From: Myxococcota bacterium
GTDB lineage: Bacteria > Myxococcota_A > UBA9160 > UBA4427
DNA length: 64,000 nt
Direction: 5' to 3'
Assembly: GCA_965250285.1 (NCBI GenBank)
Contig: OZ252299.1
Span: 160,001-224,000 of the forward strand
The notes below the pieces were generated by a model that saw only the letters and a list, made by a program, of their open reading frames with translations, did no database searches and was not told where the DNA came from. The position numbers were made by a program, and so were the translations under genes. Positions 1 through 9,499 of this stretch are shown here, piece by piece (position 1 is the stretch's first letter; each line of letters begins with the position of its first letter).

Positions 1-300
1 GCACCGAACGTCCGCCCGGCACGAGCTCGGCCTGAATGCCCATCGCATTCAAGCGACTGAGAAGCTGAGGATTGTCGGTCTTGGGATCGAAAGGCGGCAC
101 GACAGCAGACATCTCGGCAAGTCCGCGGAAGCGGACGGGAAATCAAACTGCTCATCGGAAGTCGGCCGGCGCCGCTTGATCCCGTGTGCGTGTGGACGGC
201 ACACATTCCGGTACGATTGACCGCGATCATTCCAATCGGGCGCGAACCCGTCCGGCGCCGAGGCTGTGCCTGCGCCAGGATCGCGCTGAGGAGGGCACGC

Positions 301-1194
301 GTGGCGACTCAGGGCGATCACGGGGGCGTCTGGACGATCGGTGACGTACGCGTCACGCGTGTGGCCGAGCAGCAGGCACCGCTCGACATCCGGGCGCTCT
401 TTCCCGACGCCGACGCGGCCGCGCTCGAGACCCACGGCAGCTGGCTGCGGCCTCACTTCTTGAGCGACGACGGCCAGATCGAGCTCTCGATCCATGCGCT
501 GGTCGTCGAATCGGCTGGCCGCGTCATCGTGGTCGATACGTGCGTCGGCGACCGGGCGATGCCCGGTTTCGAGGCCGTCTCCGGCGCTGGGCCGAACCCC
601 TTCCTCGAGCGGTTCGCCGCGTGTGGCTTCGACCGCGAGCGGGTCGACGTCGTGCTCTGCACACACCTCCACTTCGATCACATCGGCTGGAACACGCATC
701 GCGACGGCGACCGCTGGGTGCCGACGTTCCCGAATGCGCGATACCTCTTCGACCGGACCGAGTTCGCGCACTGGAGCGGGGCCGAGTCTCACTTCACCGG
801 CGACCACGCCGCGTGCGTTCAGCCGATCGTCGATGCAGGCCTGGCCGATCTGGTCGACGAGGGGCACGTCATCGACGAGCACGTGCGCCTGGTGTCGACG
901 CCGGGCCACACGCCCGGTCACGTATCGGTGCGGATCGAGTCGCGCGGTGAGGTCGCCTTCATCACCGGCGACATGACGCACCACCCGGTGCAGTGGGCGG
1001 AGCCCGACTGGAAGATGATGGCCGACAGTGACTCGGCTCAGGCGGCCATCACGCGCAAGGACGTCGGCGGGGCGCTCAGCGGCGAGGGGGCGCTCGTCAT
1101 TGGAACGCACTATCCGGCTCCGACCGCAGGCTGGCTGACCGGATCCCCGGGCGGCCTGCGATTCGTGACTGATCGGCCCGGCGGCGATGGCTGA
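301..1194 (+). CDS. MBL-fold metallo-hydrolase
   Basis: THLHFDHIG (HxHxDH) motif, TPGHTPGH, ITGD and GTH. GTG start at 301 follows a GAGGAGG RBS. Confidence 0.9.
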   Translation: MATQGDHGGVWTIGDVRVTRVAEQQAPLDIRALFPDADAAALETHGSWLRPHFLSDDGQIELSIHALVVESAGRVIVVDTCVGDRAMPGFEAVSGAGPNPFLERFAACGFDRERVDVVLCTHLHFDHIGWNTHRDGDRWVPTFPNARYLFDRTEFAHWSGAESHFTGDHAACVQPIVDAGLADLVDEGHVIDEHVRLVSTPGHTPGHVSVRIESRGEVAFITGDMTHHPVQWAEPDWKMMADSDSAQAAITRKDVGGALSGEGALVIGTHYPAPTAGWLTGSPGGLRFVTDRPGGDG

Positions 1195-1435
1195 TTGGTG
1201 GGCGCTCACGCGCTCGCGCTCGGTCGTCGTCCGCGCCGCGAAGACATCGGCGCTCGTCGGGACGCTCCTCGTCGTGATCAACCACGGCGACGTGCTCGTC
1301 GGCGCTGGGCTCGGTGCGATCTCGTGGTCGAAGGTGCTGCTGACCTTCTTCGTGCCCTACGCCGTCTCGACGAGCTCGAGCGTCGCCGCGTTGCGAGCCC
1401 AGACTGGACCCGCGCGCGAGGGCGGCGCGTCTTGA
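1187..1435 (+). CDS. Small two-TM membrane protein, NrtS (nitrate/nitrite transporter)-like
   Basis: 82 aa with LVGTLLVVINHGD and LLTFFVPYAVS signatures. Overlaps the upstream stop codon. Confidence 0.7.
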   Translation: MADWWALTRSRSVVVRAAKTSALVGTLLVVINHGDVLVGAGLGAISWSKVLLTFFVPYAVSTSSSVAALRAQTGPAREGGAS

Positions 1436-1490
1436 ACGGGCCGCTCGCCGCACCGCTGCGTGCGCAGAAGCCGAGGCGCGGGGCGCGCGC

Positions 1491-1871
1491 GTGTCGTTGA
1501 GCGTCGTGTGGGTGATGGTGGGCGGCGGCCTCGGCGCGCTCACGCGCTATGGCATCGCCGAAGGGGTGCGTCTGGGCCTGCGCTGGCCGGGCTGGGTCGG
1601 CGTCTTCATCGCCAACCTGTGTGGTACGGCGCTGCTCGCGCTGGCCCACTTCACGATCGGTCAGACCGACGTCGTCTCGCCGGCGGTATGGGCCTTCGCT
1701 GCCGTGGGCTACTGCGGCGCGTTGACGACGTACAGTGCGTTCGGCCTCGACACGCTGCTGCTCTGGTACGAGGGGCAACGCGGGATCGCCGTGCTGCAGT
1801 TTCTGGCGAGTCTCGCGTTGGGCGCGGCGACGATCTGGCTCGTCGCAACCGCCCTGGTGGCCGCGTCGTGA
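1491..1871 (+). CDS. crcB: Fluoride channel FluC/CrcB, copy 1
   Basis: GGGLGALTRY, ANLCG and GYCGALTTYSAF motifs. 126 aa, 4 TM. Confidence 0.85.
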   Translation: MSLSVVWVMVGGGLGALTRYGIAEGVRLGLRWPGWVGVFIANLCGTALLALAHFTIGQTDVVSPAVWAFAAVGYCGALTTYSAFGLDTLLLWYEGQRGIAVLQFLASLALGAATIWLVATALVAAS

Positions 1872-2413
1872 GTCGCGGCGTGAGTCGCGCCCCCATCCTT
1901 CGCATCGCCGCGGTGATTGCGATCGGCGGTGCGCTCGGGGCGCTGCTGCGCGCGTCGCTCATCGATGCCGCTGGTGCTCTCGGATCGCCGGCGTGGGCAT
2001 CGATCGTCGGCGTGAACGTGCTCGGGGGGCTCGCCATCGGGGTGATCTTCGTTCACCTCGAGGCCCGTTTCTTGCGCCATGCGCGGAGTCGGCTCGCTGC
2101 GTCGCCCCATGCGCCCCGGGTCGAGTCGCGCGGCTGGCGTCTCGATGCCGATCAGACCCTCGATCCGGTCGATCTCTTTCGAGCCGAGACACGCATGCGC
2201 GTGCAGTCAGGCTACTGGGTGACGGGCTTTCTCGGCGGGTTTACGACGTTCAGCACGTTCGCGGTCGAGCTCTACGAGCTCGCGGGTCGGACCGATCCGG
2301 GCGCGTTCGCGGGCTTCTATCTGGTCGCTGCGCTGTCGCCCGTGGTGGCGACGTGGGTCGGGCTGGTCATCGGCACGTTCACGCTGCCGCGCCGCGGGCC
2401 TGAGCGTCGCTGA
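1868..2413 (+). CDS. crcB: Fluoride channel FluC/CrcB, copy 2, with loop insertion
   Basis: GGALGALLR, VNVLGG and GFLGGFTTFSTF motifs. GTGA overlap with copy 1. Confidence 0.85.
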   Translation: MSRGVSRAPILRIAAVIAIGGALGALLRASLIDAAGALGSPAWASIVGVNVLGGLAIGVIFVHLEARFLRHARSRLAASPHAPRVESRGWRLDADQTLDPVDLFRAETRMRVQSGYWVTGFLGGFTTFSTFAVELYELAGRTDPGAFAGFYLVAALSPVVATWVGLVIGTFTLPRRGPERR

Positions 2414-2439
2414 AGACACGCGACGCCGCTCGATGCGAA

Positions 2440-2482
2440 ACGCCCGACCGGTGACCGCAAGGCGCGGGCACCGACCGGGCGT
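2440..2482 (-). terminator. Intrinsic terminator-like hairpin between convergent fluC2 and adh
   Basis: Interrupted GC stem ACGCCCG..CGGTG.CCGC / GCGG.CACCG..CGGGCGT with a short T run on the minus strand. Confidence 0.55.
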
Positions 2483-2504
2483 CGTGTTCGGCTCGGTTCA
2501 TGAC

Positions 2505-2601
2505 ACAGCGGCTTTAGCCGATGTCGAACTACCGTCGACAGCGGCTTTAGCCGATGTCGAACTACCGTCGACAGCGGCTTTAGCCGATGTCGAGCACCGT
2601 C
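2505..2601. repeat. 33-bp tandem repeat (x3); the third copy is the 3' end of adh
   Basis: ACAGCGGCTTTAGCCGATGTCGAACTACCGTCG at 2505 and 2538, with a diverged copy at 2571 containing the adh stop codon. Confidence 0.95.
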
Positions 2602-3656
2602 CGGATGACTTCGCCGGCCTGCATCGCTCGGAAGGCTTCGTTCACGTCGTCGAGCTTCATGCGGCGGCTGATCATGCCCTCGAGATCGAGCTTGCCGGCC
2701 TTCCAGAGGCGCAGCAGCTGCGGCATGAACGTACGCACCTGAGCGCTGCCATACATCGAGCCGCGCAGCGTCTTGTCGGCGTAGAACAGCTCGAAGGCCG
2801 AGAACTGAATCTGCTGGTCGAGGCGACCGACGCCGACGATGACCGCGGTGCCGCCGCGGCGCGCCGTGTCGTACGTGGCACGGATCGTGTTGGGGTTGCC
2901 GATGCACTCGAGCGCATAGTCGAAGCCCTCACCCCCGGTGATCTCCTGCACCATGCCGGGCAGGTCGTCGGGCGTGCACACGTGGGTCGCGCCGAAGTTC
3001 TTCGCCATGGCGAGTTTGCCCTCGACCATGTCGACCGCGAGGATCTCGGCGGCCCCGGCGATGCGAGCCCCCTGAATCGCCGAGATGCCCACGCCGCCGC
3101 AGCCGAAGACCACGACCGACGAGCCGGGCTTGATCTCGGCCGTGTTGATCGATGCGCCGACGCCGGTGGTCACACCGCAGCCGATCAGCGACACGACGTC
3201 GAGCGGGATGTCGTCCTCGACCTTCACCAGCGCCGCTTCGGGCACGATCATCTCCTCAGAGAACGTGCCGCAGCCCGTGAACCCGCCGAGCGGATTGCCG
3301 TCCATCATGAAGTGCGGCGTCATGGCCATCGCGCCCATGGTCTCGCACAGGTACGACTGACCACGCAGGCACGCCTTGCACTTCGAGCAGGCGGGGGTGA
3401 ACGAGACGATCACGTGATCGCCCGCCTTCACGTCGGTGACGCCCGCGCCGACCTCGAGGACGACGCCTGCGCCTTCGTGTCCGAGCACACACGGCGTCGG
3501 CGTCGGGATCGTGCCGTTCTGGCCCGAGACGTCCGAATGGCAGACGCCGCTCGAAACGACCTTGATGTGCACGGCGCCGGCGGGAAGGTCGACGAGGGTG
3601 ATGTCGTCGCGGATCTCGAGATCCTGGTTGAGTCCGGTGAGCACTGCGGCCTTCAT
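2580..3656 (-). CDS. Zn-dependent alcohol dehydrogenase (class III/NDMA-dependent-like)
   Basis: MKAAVL start, GVCHSD, GHEGAG, structural Zn Cys cluster CSKCKAC..C, and GCGGVG NAD-binding motif. Confidence 0.93.
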   Translation of the reverse strand: MKAAVLTGLNQDLEIRDDITLVDLPAGAVHIKVVSSGVCHSDVSGQNGTIPTPTPCVLGHEGAGVVLEVGAGVTDVKAGDHVIVSFTPACSKCKACLRGQSYLCETMGAMAMTPHFMMDGNPLGGFTGCGTFSEEMIVPEAALVKVEDDIPLDVVSLIGCGVTTGVGASINTAEIKPGSSVVVFGCGGVGISAIQGARIAGAAEILAVDMVEGKLAMAKNFGATHVCTPDDLPGMVQEITGGEGFDYALECIGNPNTIRATYDTARRGGTAVIVGVGRLDQQIQFSAFELFYADKTLRGSMYGSAQVRTFMPQLLRLWKAGKLDLEGMISRRMKLDDVNEAFRAMQAGEVIRTVLDIG

Positions 3657-3997
3657 GGGGGCCACCTCCGATTCAGATGGGCCGCGAGTTCGCTCGCGGA
3701 GCGGGTTCAGGGCGGGGCGCGCGCCCCGAGTCGAGCCGGCAGAGGATGCCGCCGGGATTCGAAACGGAAGCACGGAGCGCCGCCCCCGGCAACCACCTCG
3801 ATCGACGATCGGGCACCCGATTTTCGGGTCCGAATCGAGCCGTTGGCGGCTATCTTCGAGTGGTGGGCCGCGTGGCCCGAGCGCTCGACGGCGCGCACGA
3901 CGACGGCGATCCGCGCTGCGTCGAGTGCGGTCCGATCCAACGAGCCTTCCCGGGGCAGCCGCTTCTGCGCCACCCCGGCCGAGGGAGCTCCCTACGC

Positions 3998-4972
3998 ATG
4001 ACTGCGCCTGATTCGGTCGATCCCGTGCTCGTTTGCTTCAGCTACGAATATCGCAGCGAGGCCGAGGCCAAGGTCTTCGAGCAGATCATGTGGCGCTATG
4101 CCCAGCGCGGCATTCGGGCGATCAACCTCTTCGACCCCGAGCTTCATGCTTCGTACGAAGCGGGTTTCAATCTCGCTCGGTGGGAGGCGCTCGATCGATA
4201 CATCAAGGCGAACGACCTCTACGATCGACGCATCATCATGCAGGACATCACGGACGTCTTCGTGGCCGACGTCGAGCTCGACTTTCACCCGACCGATGTC
4301 TACGTGAACCGCAAGAAGAACTGTCAGCACCACGCGATGCGAACCTTGATTCGCAACCTGAAGAACTCCAACTCGCGACGCTTGAATCTCTCCCGCCGGA
4401 TCGACATCGACCTGGGGGAGCTCGACGCCGCCGGTCTCAAGCGCCTCTTCGTCGATCCCCGTTACCGCAGCATCTACAGATTCTCGAACGATGTCATCTG
4501 GGGCTATGGGCGGGCCTTCGTCGAGCTGCATGACAAAATCCGCAAGCACATCGACGAGGTGCCCGACCCGATTCGGTACGGCAACTGCGACGAGACGCTC
4601 TATACGCACTTCCATCTGCACCTCCCCGAGGCGCGGCTCAACCTGCAGTTCGGTGAGACGCAGTGCCACAACTTCAACTACATCACGCAGGTGCTGCTCG
4701 GTGCCGCGTCTTCGCGCGACTTCGTCAAGCGGCGCAAGATCTTCACGTACCAGCACTCCGACTCGGTGCCCAGGTTGATCGACGAGATGCTCGAGGAGCG
4801 CCCGCGATCGCGTTGGCATCGCTGGCGCTCGCGCCCCGCGTACGTGCTCGACCGACTGATCGGCGGCGTGCTCAGCGCCATCACGGTCGTGCTGCAGGCC
4901 ATCAAGCGGGTCTGGATCGCGATCAGCTATCTGCGCTTCGGCGCCGGCGAGGGCGCCGCAGCAGCGCGCTGA
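3998..4972 (+). CDS. Hypothetical protein, possibly glycosyltransferase-like, with hydrophobic C-terminal segment
   Basis: Protein-like composition and GC3-biased codons. QDITDVFV and CDET segments loosely resemble GT-A motifs. Confidence 0.65.
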   Translation: MTAPDSVDPVLVCFSYEYRSEAEAKVFEQIMWRYAQRGIRAINLFDPELHASYEAGFNLARWEALDRYIKANDLYDRRIIMQDITDVFVADVELDFHPTDVYVNRKKNCQHHAMRTLIRNLKNSNSRRLNLSRRIDIDLGELDAAGLKRLFVDPRYRSIYRFSNDVIWGYGRAFVELHDKIRKHIDEVPDPIRYGNCDETLYTHFHLHLPEARLNLQFGETQCHNFNYITQVLLGAASSRDFVKRRKIFTYQHSDSVPRLIDEMLEERPRSRWHRWRSRPAYVLDRLIGGVLSAITVVLQAIKRVWIAISYLRFGAGEGAAAAR

Positions 4973-5041
4973 CACGCTCGCGCCGCAGCTGCACGCGTCG
5001 CGACGGCCGGCGTGGCGGCGTGGCGGTGAGGAGAGCGAGAC

Positions 5042-6307
5042 ATGTCCGACCCCGCCTGCGACTTCGATATCGTGATCTGGGGCGCCACGGGTTTCACCGG
5101 GCGTCTGACCGCGGCCCACCTGCTCGAGCAGGAGGGGGCGAGCGGCGGCGTCCGCTGGGCGATCGCGGGTCGCAGCGCCTCGAAGCTGGAGGCCGTCGCT
5201 GAGGAGATCTCTCAGGAGACGGGGGTCGATGCCGGCCCGCTCCCGAGAATCGTCGCCGACGCGAGCGACGAGGCTTCGCTTCGCGGGCTCGTCGAGCGCA
5301 GCCGGGTCGTGTGCACGACCGTGGGGCCCTACGCGAAGTACGGCTCGAAGCTCGTCGAGCTCTGCGCGGAGCTCGGGCGCGACTACTGCGATCTGACGGG
5401 TGAGGTGCAGTGGATGCGGCGCATGATCGATGCGCACGAGGCAGCCGCTCGCGCCTCGGGTGCGCGCATCGTGCACAACTGTGGCTTCGACTGCATCCCC
5501 TCCGACCTGGGCACCTATTTCGTGCAGCGCGAAGCGAAGGCGCGTTTCGGCCGACCGTCGCCTCACGTCAAGCTGCGCGTTGGCGGCTTCAGCGGCGGGG
5601 TCTCGGGCGGGACGGCCGCGAGCATGCTCGAGCTGCTCGAAGAGGCGACGAACGATCCGAAGATCCGCAAGCTGATGGCCGATCCGTATGGGCTCAATCC
5701 CGACGGCGCTCGCAGCGGGCCCGATGGGGCCGACAGGACCGGCCCCGCCTGGGACGACGACTTCGGGCAGTGGACCGCTCCGTTCGTCATGGCGGCGATC
5801 AACACGCGCGTCGTGCGGCGCACGAATGCGCTCACCGACAGCAGCTACGGCCCCGACTTCCGCTATGACGAGGCGGTGCTCTGCGGGGCCGGTCCCGGCG
5901 GCTTCTTGAAGGCGGCGGGGCAGGCGGCAGGCCAGCTGGCGACGATGGGCGCGATGGCCATCGGTCCATTGCGTCGACTCGGCGCTCGGGCGCTCCCCCA
6001 GCCGGGAGAGGGGCCCTCGAAGGCCCAGCGCGAGAAGGGCTTCTTCGAGCTCGAGCTCTTCGCGGTCTCACCCGACGGCCCCGGCGCGTCCGGGCTGCGC
6101 GCGAAGGTCACGGGCGACCGCGATCCCGGCTATGGCTCGACGTCGAAGATGCTCGCGCAGTCGGCCCTGTGCCTCGCCGAGGGCGGGGCGAAAGTCGGCG
6201 GGGGGTTCTTCACGCCGGCCGCGGCCATGGGCGACCGCCTGATCGAACGCCTCGAGCGACACGCCGGGTTGACGTTCGAGATCGAGGCCGAGTCGGCCCG
6301 CTCGTGA
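5042..6307 (+). CDS. Saccharopine dehydrogenase-like / trans-acting enoyl reductase family oxidoreductase
   Basis: WGATGFTG, TTVGPY, DLTGE, CGFDCIPSDLG and DPGYGST motifs. Confidence 0.92.
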   Translation: MSDPACDFDIVIWGATGFTGRLTAAHLLEQEGASGGVRWAIAGRSASKLEAVAEEISQETGVDAGPLPRIVADASDEASLRGLVERSRVVCTTVGPYAKYGSKLVELCAELGRDYCDLTGEVQWMRRMIDAHEAAARASGARIVHNCGFDCIPSDLGTYFVQREAKARFGRPSPHVKLRVGGFSGGVSGGTAASMLELLEEATNDPKIRKLMADPYGLNPDGARSGPDGADRTGPAWDDDFGQWTAPFVMAAINTRVVRRTNALTDSSYGPDFRYDEAVLCGAGPGGFLKAAGQAAGQLATMGAMAIGPLRRLGARALPQPGEGPSKAQREKGFFELELFAVSPDGPGASGLRAKVTGDRDPGYGSTSKMLAQSALCLAEGGAKVGGGFFTPAAAMGDRLIERLERHAGLTFEIEAESARS

Positions 6308-6338
6308 ACGCGCCGCGACCGGGCCGCGGAGCGAGTCG

Positions 6339-7178
6339 ATGAGAGCCGATGGACGCGCGTTGGTGACCGGGGCGGGTCGCGGGCTCGGCCGGGCCATCGC
6401 GCTCGAGCTCGCTGGCCGCGGCTTCGACGTGGTTGCGACGATGCGTCGCCCGGCGGATGCACGCGATCTGCTCAGCACCGCGCGCGAGCGGGGCGTGCGC
6501 ATCGAGCTGGCCGAGCTCGACGTCACGCGGCCCGATTCGATCGAGATCCCCGACGACATCCGCGTGCTGGTCAACAACGCCGGCGTCGAGGGGCCGTGGC
6601 TGGCGGTCGAAGACGAATCGCTCGACACGTGGCGGACGATCTTCGAGACCAACGTATTCGGCCTCGTCGATGTGACGCGTCGTGCGCTCCCGCGGCTCCG
6701 CCAGGCAGGTGAGGCGGGGGGTGCCGTCATCTGCAACGTGACCAGCTGCTCGCTCTTCGCTCCGATGCCGCTCTTCGCTGCGTACCGCGCCAGCAAGGCG
6801 GCGGTCTCGGCGCTCGGCGAGTCGCTTCGGGTCGAGCTCGCTTCGTTCGGCGTACGCGTCATCGAAGTCGTTCCGGGCGCCATCGCGACCGACATGCTCG
6901 CCGGCGTGGCGGGACCGCCCGAGGCCATCGATTCGCCCGTCTATGGCGCGGTGGCCGCGCGCGTGCACGCGCAGCGTGCGCCTTCGGTTGCGGCGGGGAC
7001 GCCGCCGGATGACGCGGCGCGGGCGATCGCAGATGCGATCTTGAACGACGACGCCCCGCTTCGCGTCGCATGCGACCCGATGGGAGCGGGGCTGCTGGAG
7101 GCGTGGCGCTCGAGCGACGACGAGTCGCTCCAGGCGCCGATGCGGGCCCTGTTCACACCTTCGACCGAGCCCGATTGA
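6339..7178 (+). CDS. SDR family oxidoreductase
   Basis: TGAGRGLG, NNAG and YRASK. Confidence 0.92.
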   Translation: MRADGRALVTGAGRGLGRAIALELAGRGFDVVATMRRPADARDLLSTARERGVRIELAELDVTRPDSIEIPDDIRVLVNNAGVEGPWLAVEDESLDTWRTIFETNVFGLVDVTRRALPRLRQAGEAGGAVICNVTSCSLFAPMPLFAAYRASKAAVSALGESLRVELASFGVRVIEVVPGAIATDMLAGVAGPPEAIDSPVYGAVAARVHAQRAPSVAAGTPPDDAARAIADAILNDDAPLRVACDPMGAGLLEAWRSSDDESLQAPMRALFTPSTEPD

Positions 7179-7193
7179 CGTTCGGCGTTGGCT

Positions 7194-8384
7194 TCAGGCG
7201 CCCGCGCGGCCTTCGATGAAGCGGGCTCGGTAGCGCGCGAACTGCTGCTTCAGGCCCGCTTCGGTGAAGCCGAACTCCTCGAGCGAATAGTCGTGGGCCG
7301 GCCGCAGCTCGCGCTTGTTGAAGTCGAGCCATTGATGCATCTCGGCCTGGGCCTCGTCGGTGAGGTCGAACCCGATGAAGTCATAGATCTTCTGGATCTC
7401 GTCGACCGGTTGGCTGACGGTGTCTCGAAACCACAGGTCGAGGAAGCGTTCGTCTCCCACGCGCTCCCGTACGTCCATCGTGTGGTTCATGCCGCGCGCG
7501 AACTTGCGTGCCCAGGTCTCGCCGACGACGGTCGGATCGACATCGTCGCTGTAGACCACCCAGAGCTCACGGGTCATGCTCGCCAGGCTAGGGATCGTGT
7601 CGATGGGGTCGCGATGCGTCTGTACGACCTTCGCGTCAGGGAACGTCTCGAAGACCAGATCCATGAAGTGCAGGTGGTGCGGTGCCTTGAGCGCCCAGCG
7701 CTCAGCCTCCCACACCTCACCCCGCGCGGCCGCGACCTGCTTGCGCTGCCACTGGAGGAACTGGAGCAGCTTCTCGAGCATGGCGTAGCCGACACGGTGA
7801 TCCTGCGCCTCGAGCCAGGTGTCGAAGCCCGGCACGTGGGCGAAGGCTTGGGGCGTGTAGCTGTAGAAGCTCTGCTCGAGGAGCATGATGTCTTCGTCGG
7901 GCCCCATCGCATCCATGGGGTGCACGGCGAGGATGTCGGGGTTCGCCTCGACGATGGCGGCGACTTCGGCCTGGGCGGCGACGACGCGTGGGTCGGTGCC
8001 CGCGGCATCCCAGTCGAGGGCGGGGCAGGGGAAGCGGGTCTCGTACCAGAGCGGGGCCGCGATGCGGCGATCGGCGGCGATCGTGCGGTGGAGCATCGTC
8101 GTGCCGGTGCGCGGCAGGCCGACGACCACGAGCGGGGCGGCGATCTGCTCGTCGAGGATCTCGGGGTGTCGCGTGGTCCACGCCTGCAGGCGCAGCTGGT
8201 TCGCGAGCACGTCGAGCACGCGCTGGTGCAGCACCGCGTGGCCGATGTCGTTCAGGCGGGCTTCGCGCGCGAGCGACGCGGTGAGTCGTTCGAGGGGTTC
8301 GCGATACGCGTCGCTCCCGAAGTCATCGAGGCCGTCGATCGCGCGTGCTTCCGCAACGAGCGCATCGGCGTTCCAATCGCTCAT
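7194..8384 (-). CDS. Sulfotransferase family protein
   Basis: 5'-PSB loop GLPRTGTT, WALKAPHH and THRDP...S. ATGA overlap with the upstream DUF1214 gene. Confidence 0.9.
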   Translation of the reverse strand: MSDWNADALVAEARAIDGLDDFGSDAYREPLERLTASLAREARLNDIGHAVLHQRVLDVLANQLRLQAWTTRHPEILDEQIAAPLVVVGLPRTGTTMLHRTIAADRRIAAPLWYETRFPCPALDWDAAGTDPRVVAAQAEVAAIVEANPDILAVHPMDAMGPDEDIMLLEQSFYSYTPQAFAHVPGFDTWLEAQDHRVGYAMLEKLLQFLQWQRKQVAAARGEVWEAERWALKAPHHLHFMDLVFETFPDAKVVQTHRDPIDTIPSLASMTRELWVVYSDDVDPTVVGETWARKFARGMNHTMDVRERVGDERFLDLWFRDTVSQPVDEIQKIYDFIGFDLTDEAQAEMHQWLDFNKRELRPAHDYSLEEFGFTEAGLKQQFARYRARFIEGRAGA

Positions 8385-9481
8385 GAAACGAGCTCCTCGT
8401 GGCGGACGACGCGCGTTCGAATCGGCGGGGTCGTCTTCGCTTCGACATACCGAAAGAGCATCGCACCCTGGCGGTGCCCCGCGGTCTGGATCCAGTTCGG
8501 ATGCCCCGGGTCGGTGTGCGCCACGATGATGCGCACGCCGCCCTCCGGCTCGTAGGCGGCGCACTCGGCGTTCACCGAGATGCGGTACGAGCGGTAGTCG
8601 AGACTCTCCATCCAGAAGTTCGAGAGCTGGAAGTTCCAGGTGCGACACGCGGGCAGGGCATCGACCTCGATCACGAGCGCCTCGTCGTCCGCCAACTGCC
8701 AGACGCTGTTGTGATACGTGATCGCCGGGTCCCCGCCTGCGCGGAGACACATCTCCTGGTCGTTCATCGGCAGGGCGTTCACGTGGTCGCCGAATCGGGC
8801 CATCCAGTCGATGAAGAGCCCGGCCGTGCCCTCGATGAATGCCGGCACCCGCTCGAGCGCCGCCGCGAACGCGATCGGATCGAGCACCGGCGCGCCGTCG
8901 GCGTCGAGGCACTCGATCGAGAGCCGCGCGGGCGTCTCGTTCGCACGGTCGGCGAAGGTCTGACGCACCAGCAGGTTGTCGGTCTCGGGCTGCATCGGCA
9001 GCCAGTTGCCGTCGTGCGCCTCGGTGCTGACGATCAGCTCGAAGGTGCCGTCTGCGTCGATCTCGAGCTCGTCGATCTCGACGTGGCCCGTCGGCGCCAT
9101 CGTGCCGGTGGTGCCGTAGGAGCCCGCCTTCGTCTCGATGCTCAGATAGGGCGCGGTGCCGCGTTGGCCGTGGATCCGGTAGCGGTGGTGGCCGCTCACC
9201 GCGCAGTTCAGATAGACGTTGTCGGGGTTGTCGTTGCCGATCTTCGCCGTCTCGTGCGATAGCGAGTAGAAGGCTGGAAACCGCGGGTCGGCGAACTCGA
9301 TGTTCTGCTCGAGCGCGAGGCGCAGCAGGCGCGTCAGGTAGCGGTGTCCCTCGGCCCGGTCGAAGACGTTCGCCGGGGTCTCGGGTCGCAGCACCTGATC
9401 GCCGGCCTGCTTCAAGGCGTCACAGAAGTCGGCCCAGAGCGAGCCGTCGAGGATTCTTGCTTCGGTGTCTTCGTCGGTCAT
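8381..9481 (-). CDS. DUF1214 domain-containing protein
   Basis: AEGHRYLTRLLR, DNPDNVY, WNFQLSNFWMESLDY and DPGHPNWI, typical of sulfotransferase-linked DUF1214 proteins. Confidence 0.85.
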   Translation of the reverse strand: MTDEDTEARILDGSLWADFCDALKQAGDQVLRPETPANVFDRAEGHRYLTRLLRLALEQNIEFADPRFPAFYSLSHETAKIGNDNPDNVYLNCAVSGHHRYRIHGQRGTAPYLSIETKAGSYGTTGTMAPTGHVEIDELEIDADGTFELIVSTEAHDGNWLPMQPETDNLLVRQTFADRANETPARLSIECLDADGAPVLDPIAFAAALERVPAFIEGTAGLFIDWMARFGDHVNALPMNDQEMCLRAGGDPAITYHNSVWQLADDEALVIEVDALPACRTWNFQLSNFWMESLDYRSYRISVNAECAAYEPEGGVRIIVAHTDPGHPNWIQTAGHRQGAMLFRYVEAKTTPPIRTRVVRHEELVS

Positions 9482-9499
9482 TCGGCGGGTCTCTACGGC

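Noticed and set aside
2505..2601. 33-bp repeats as a mini CRISPR array
   Set aside because: The copies are directly adjacent with no spacers, they derive from the adh 3' end, and no cas genes are present.
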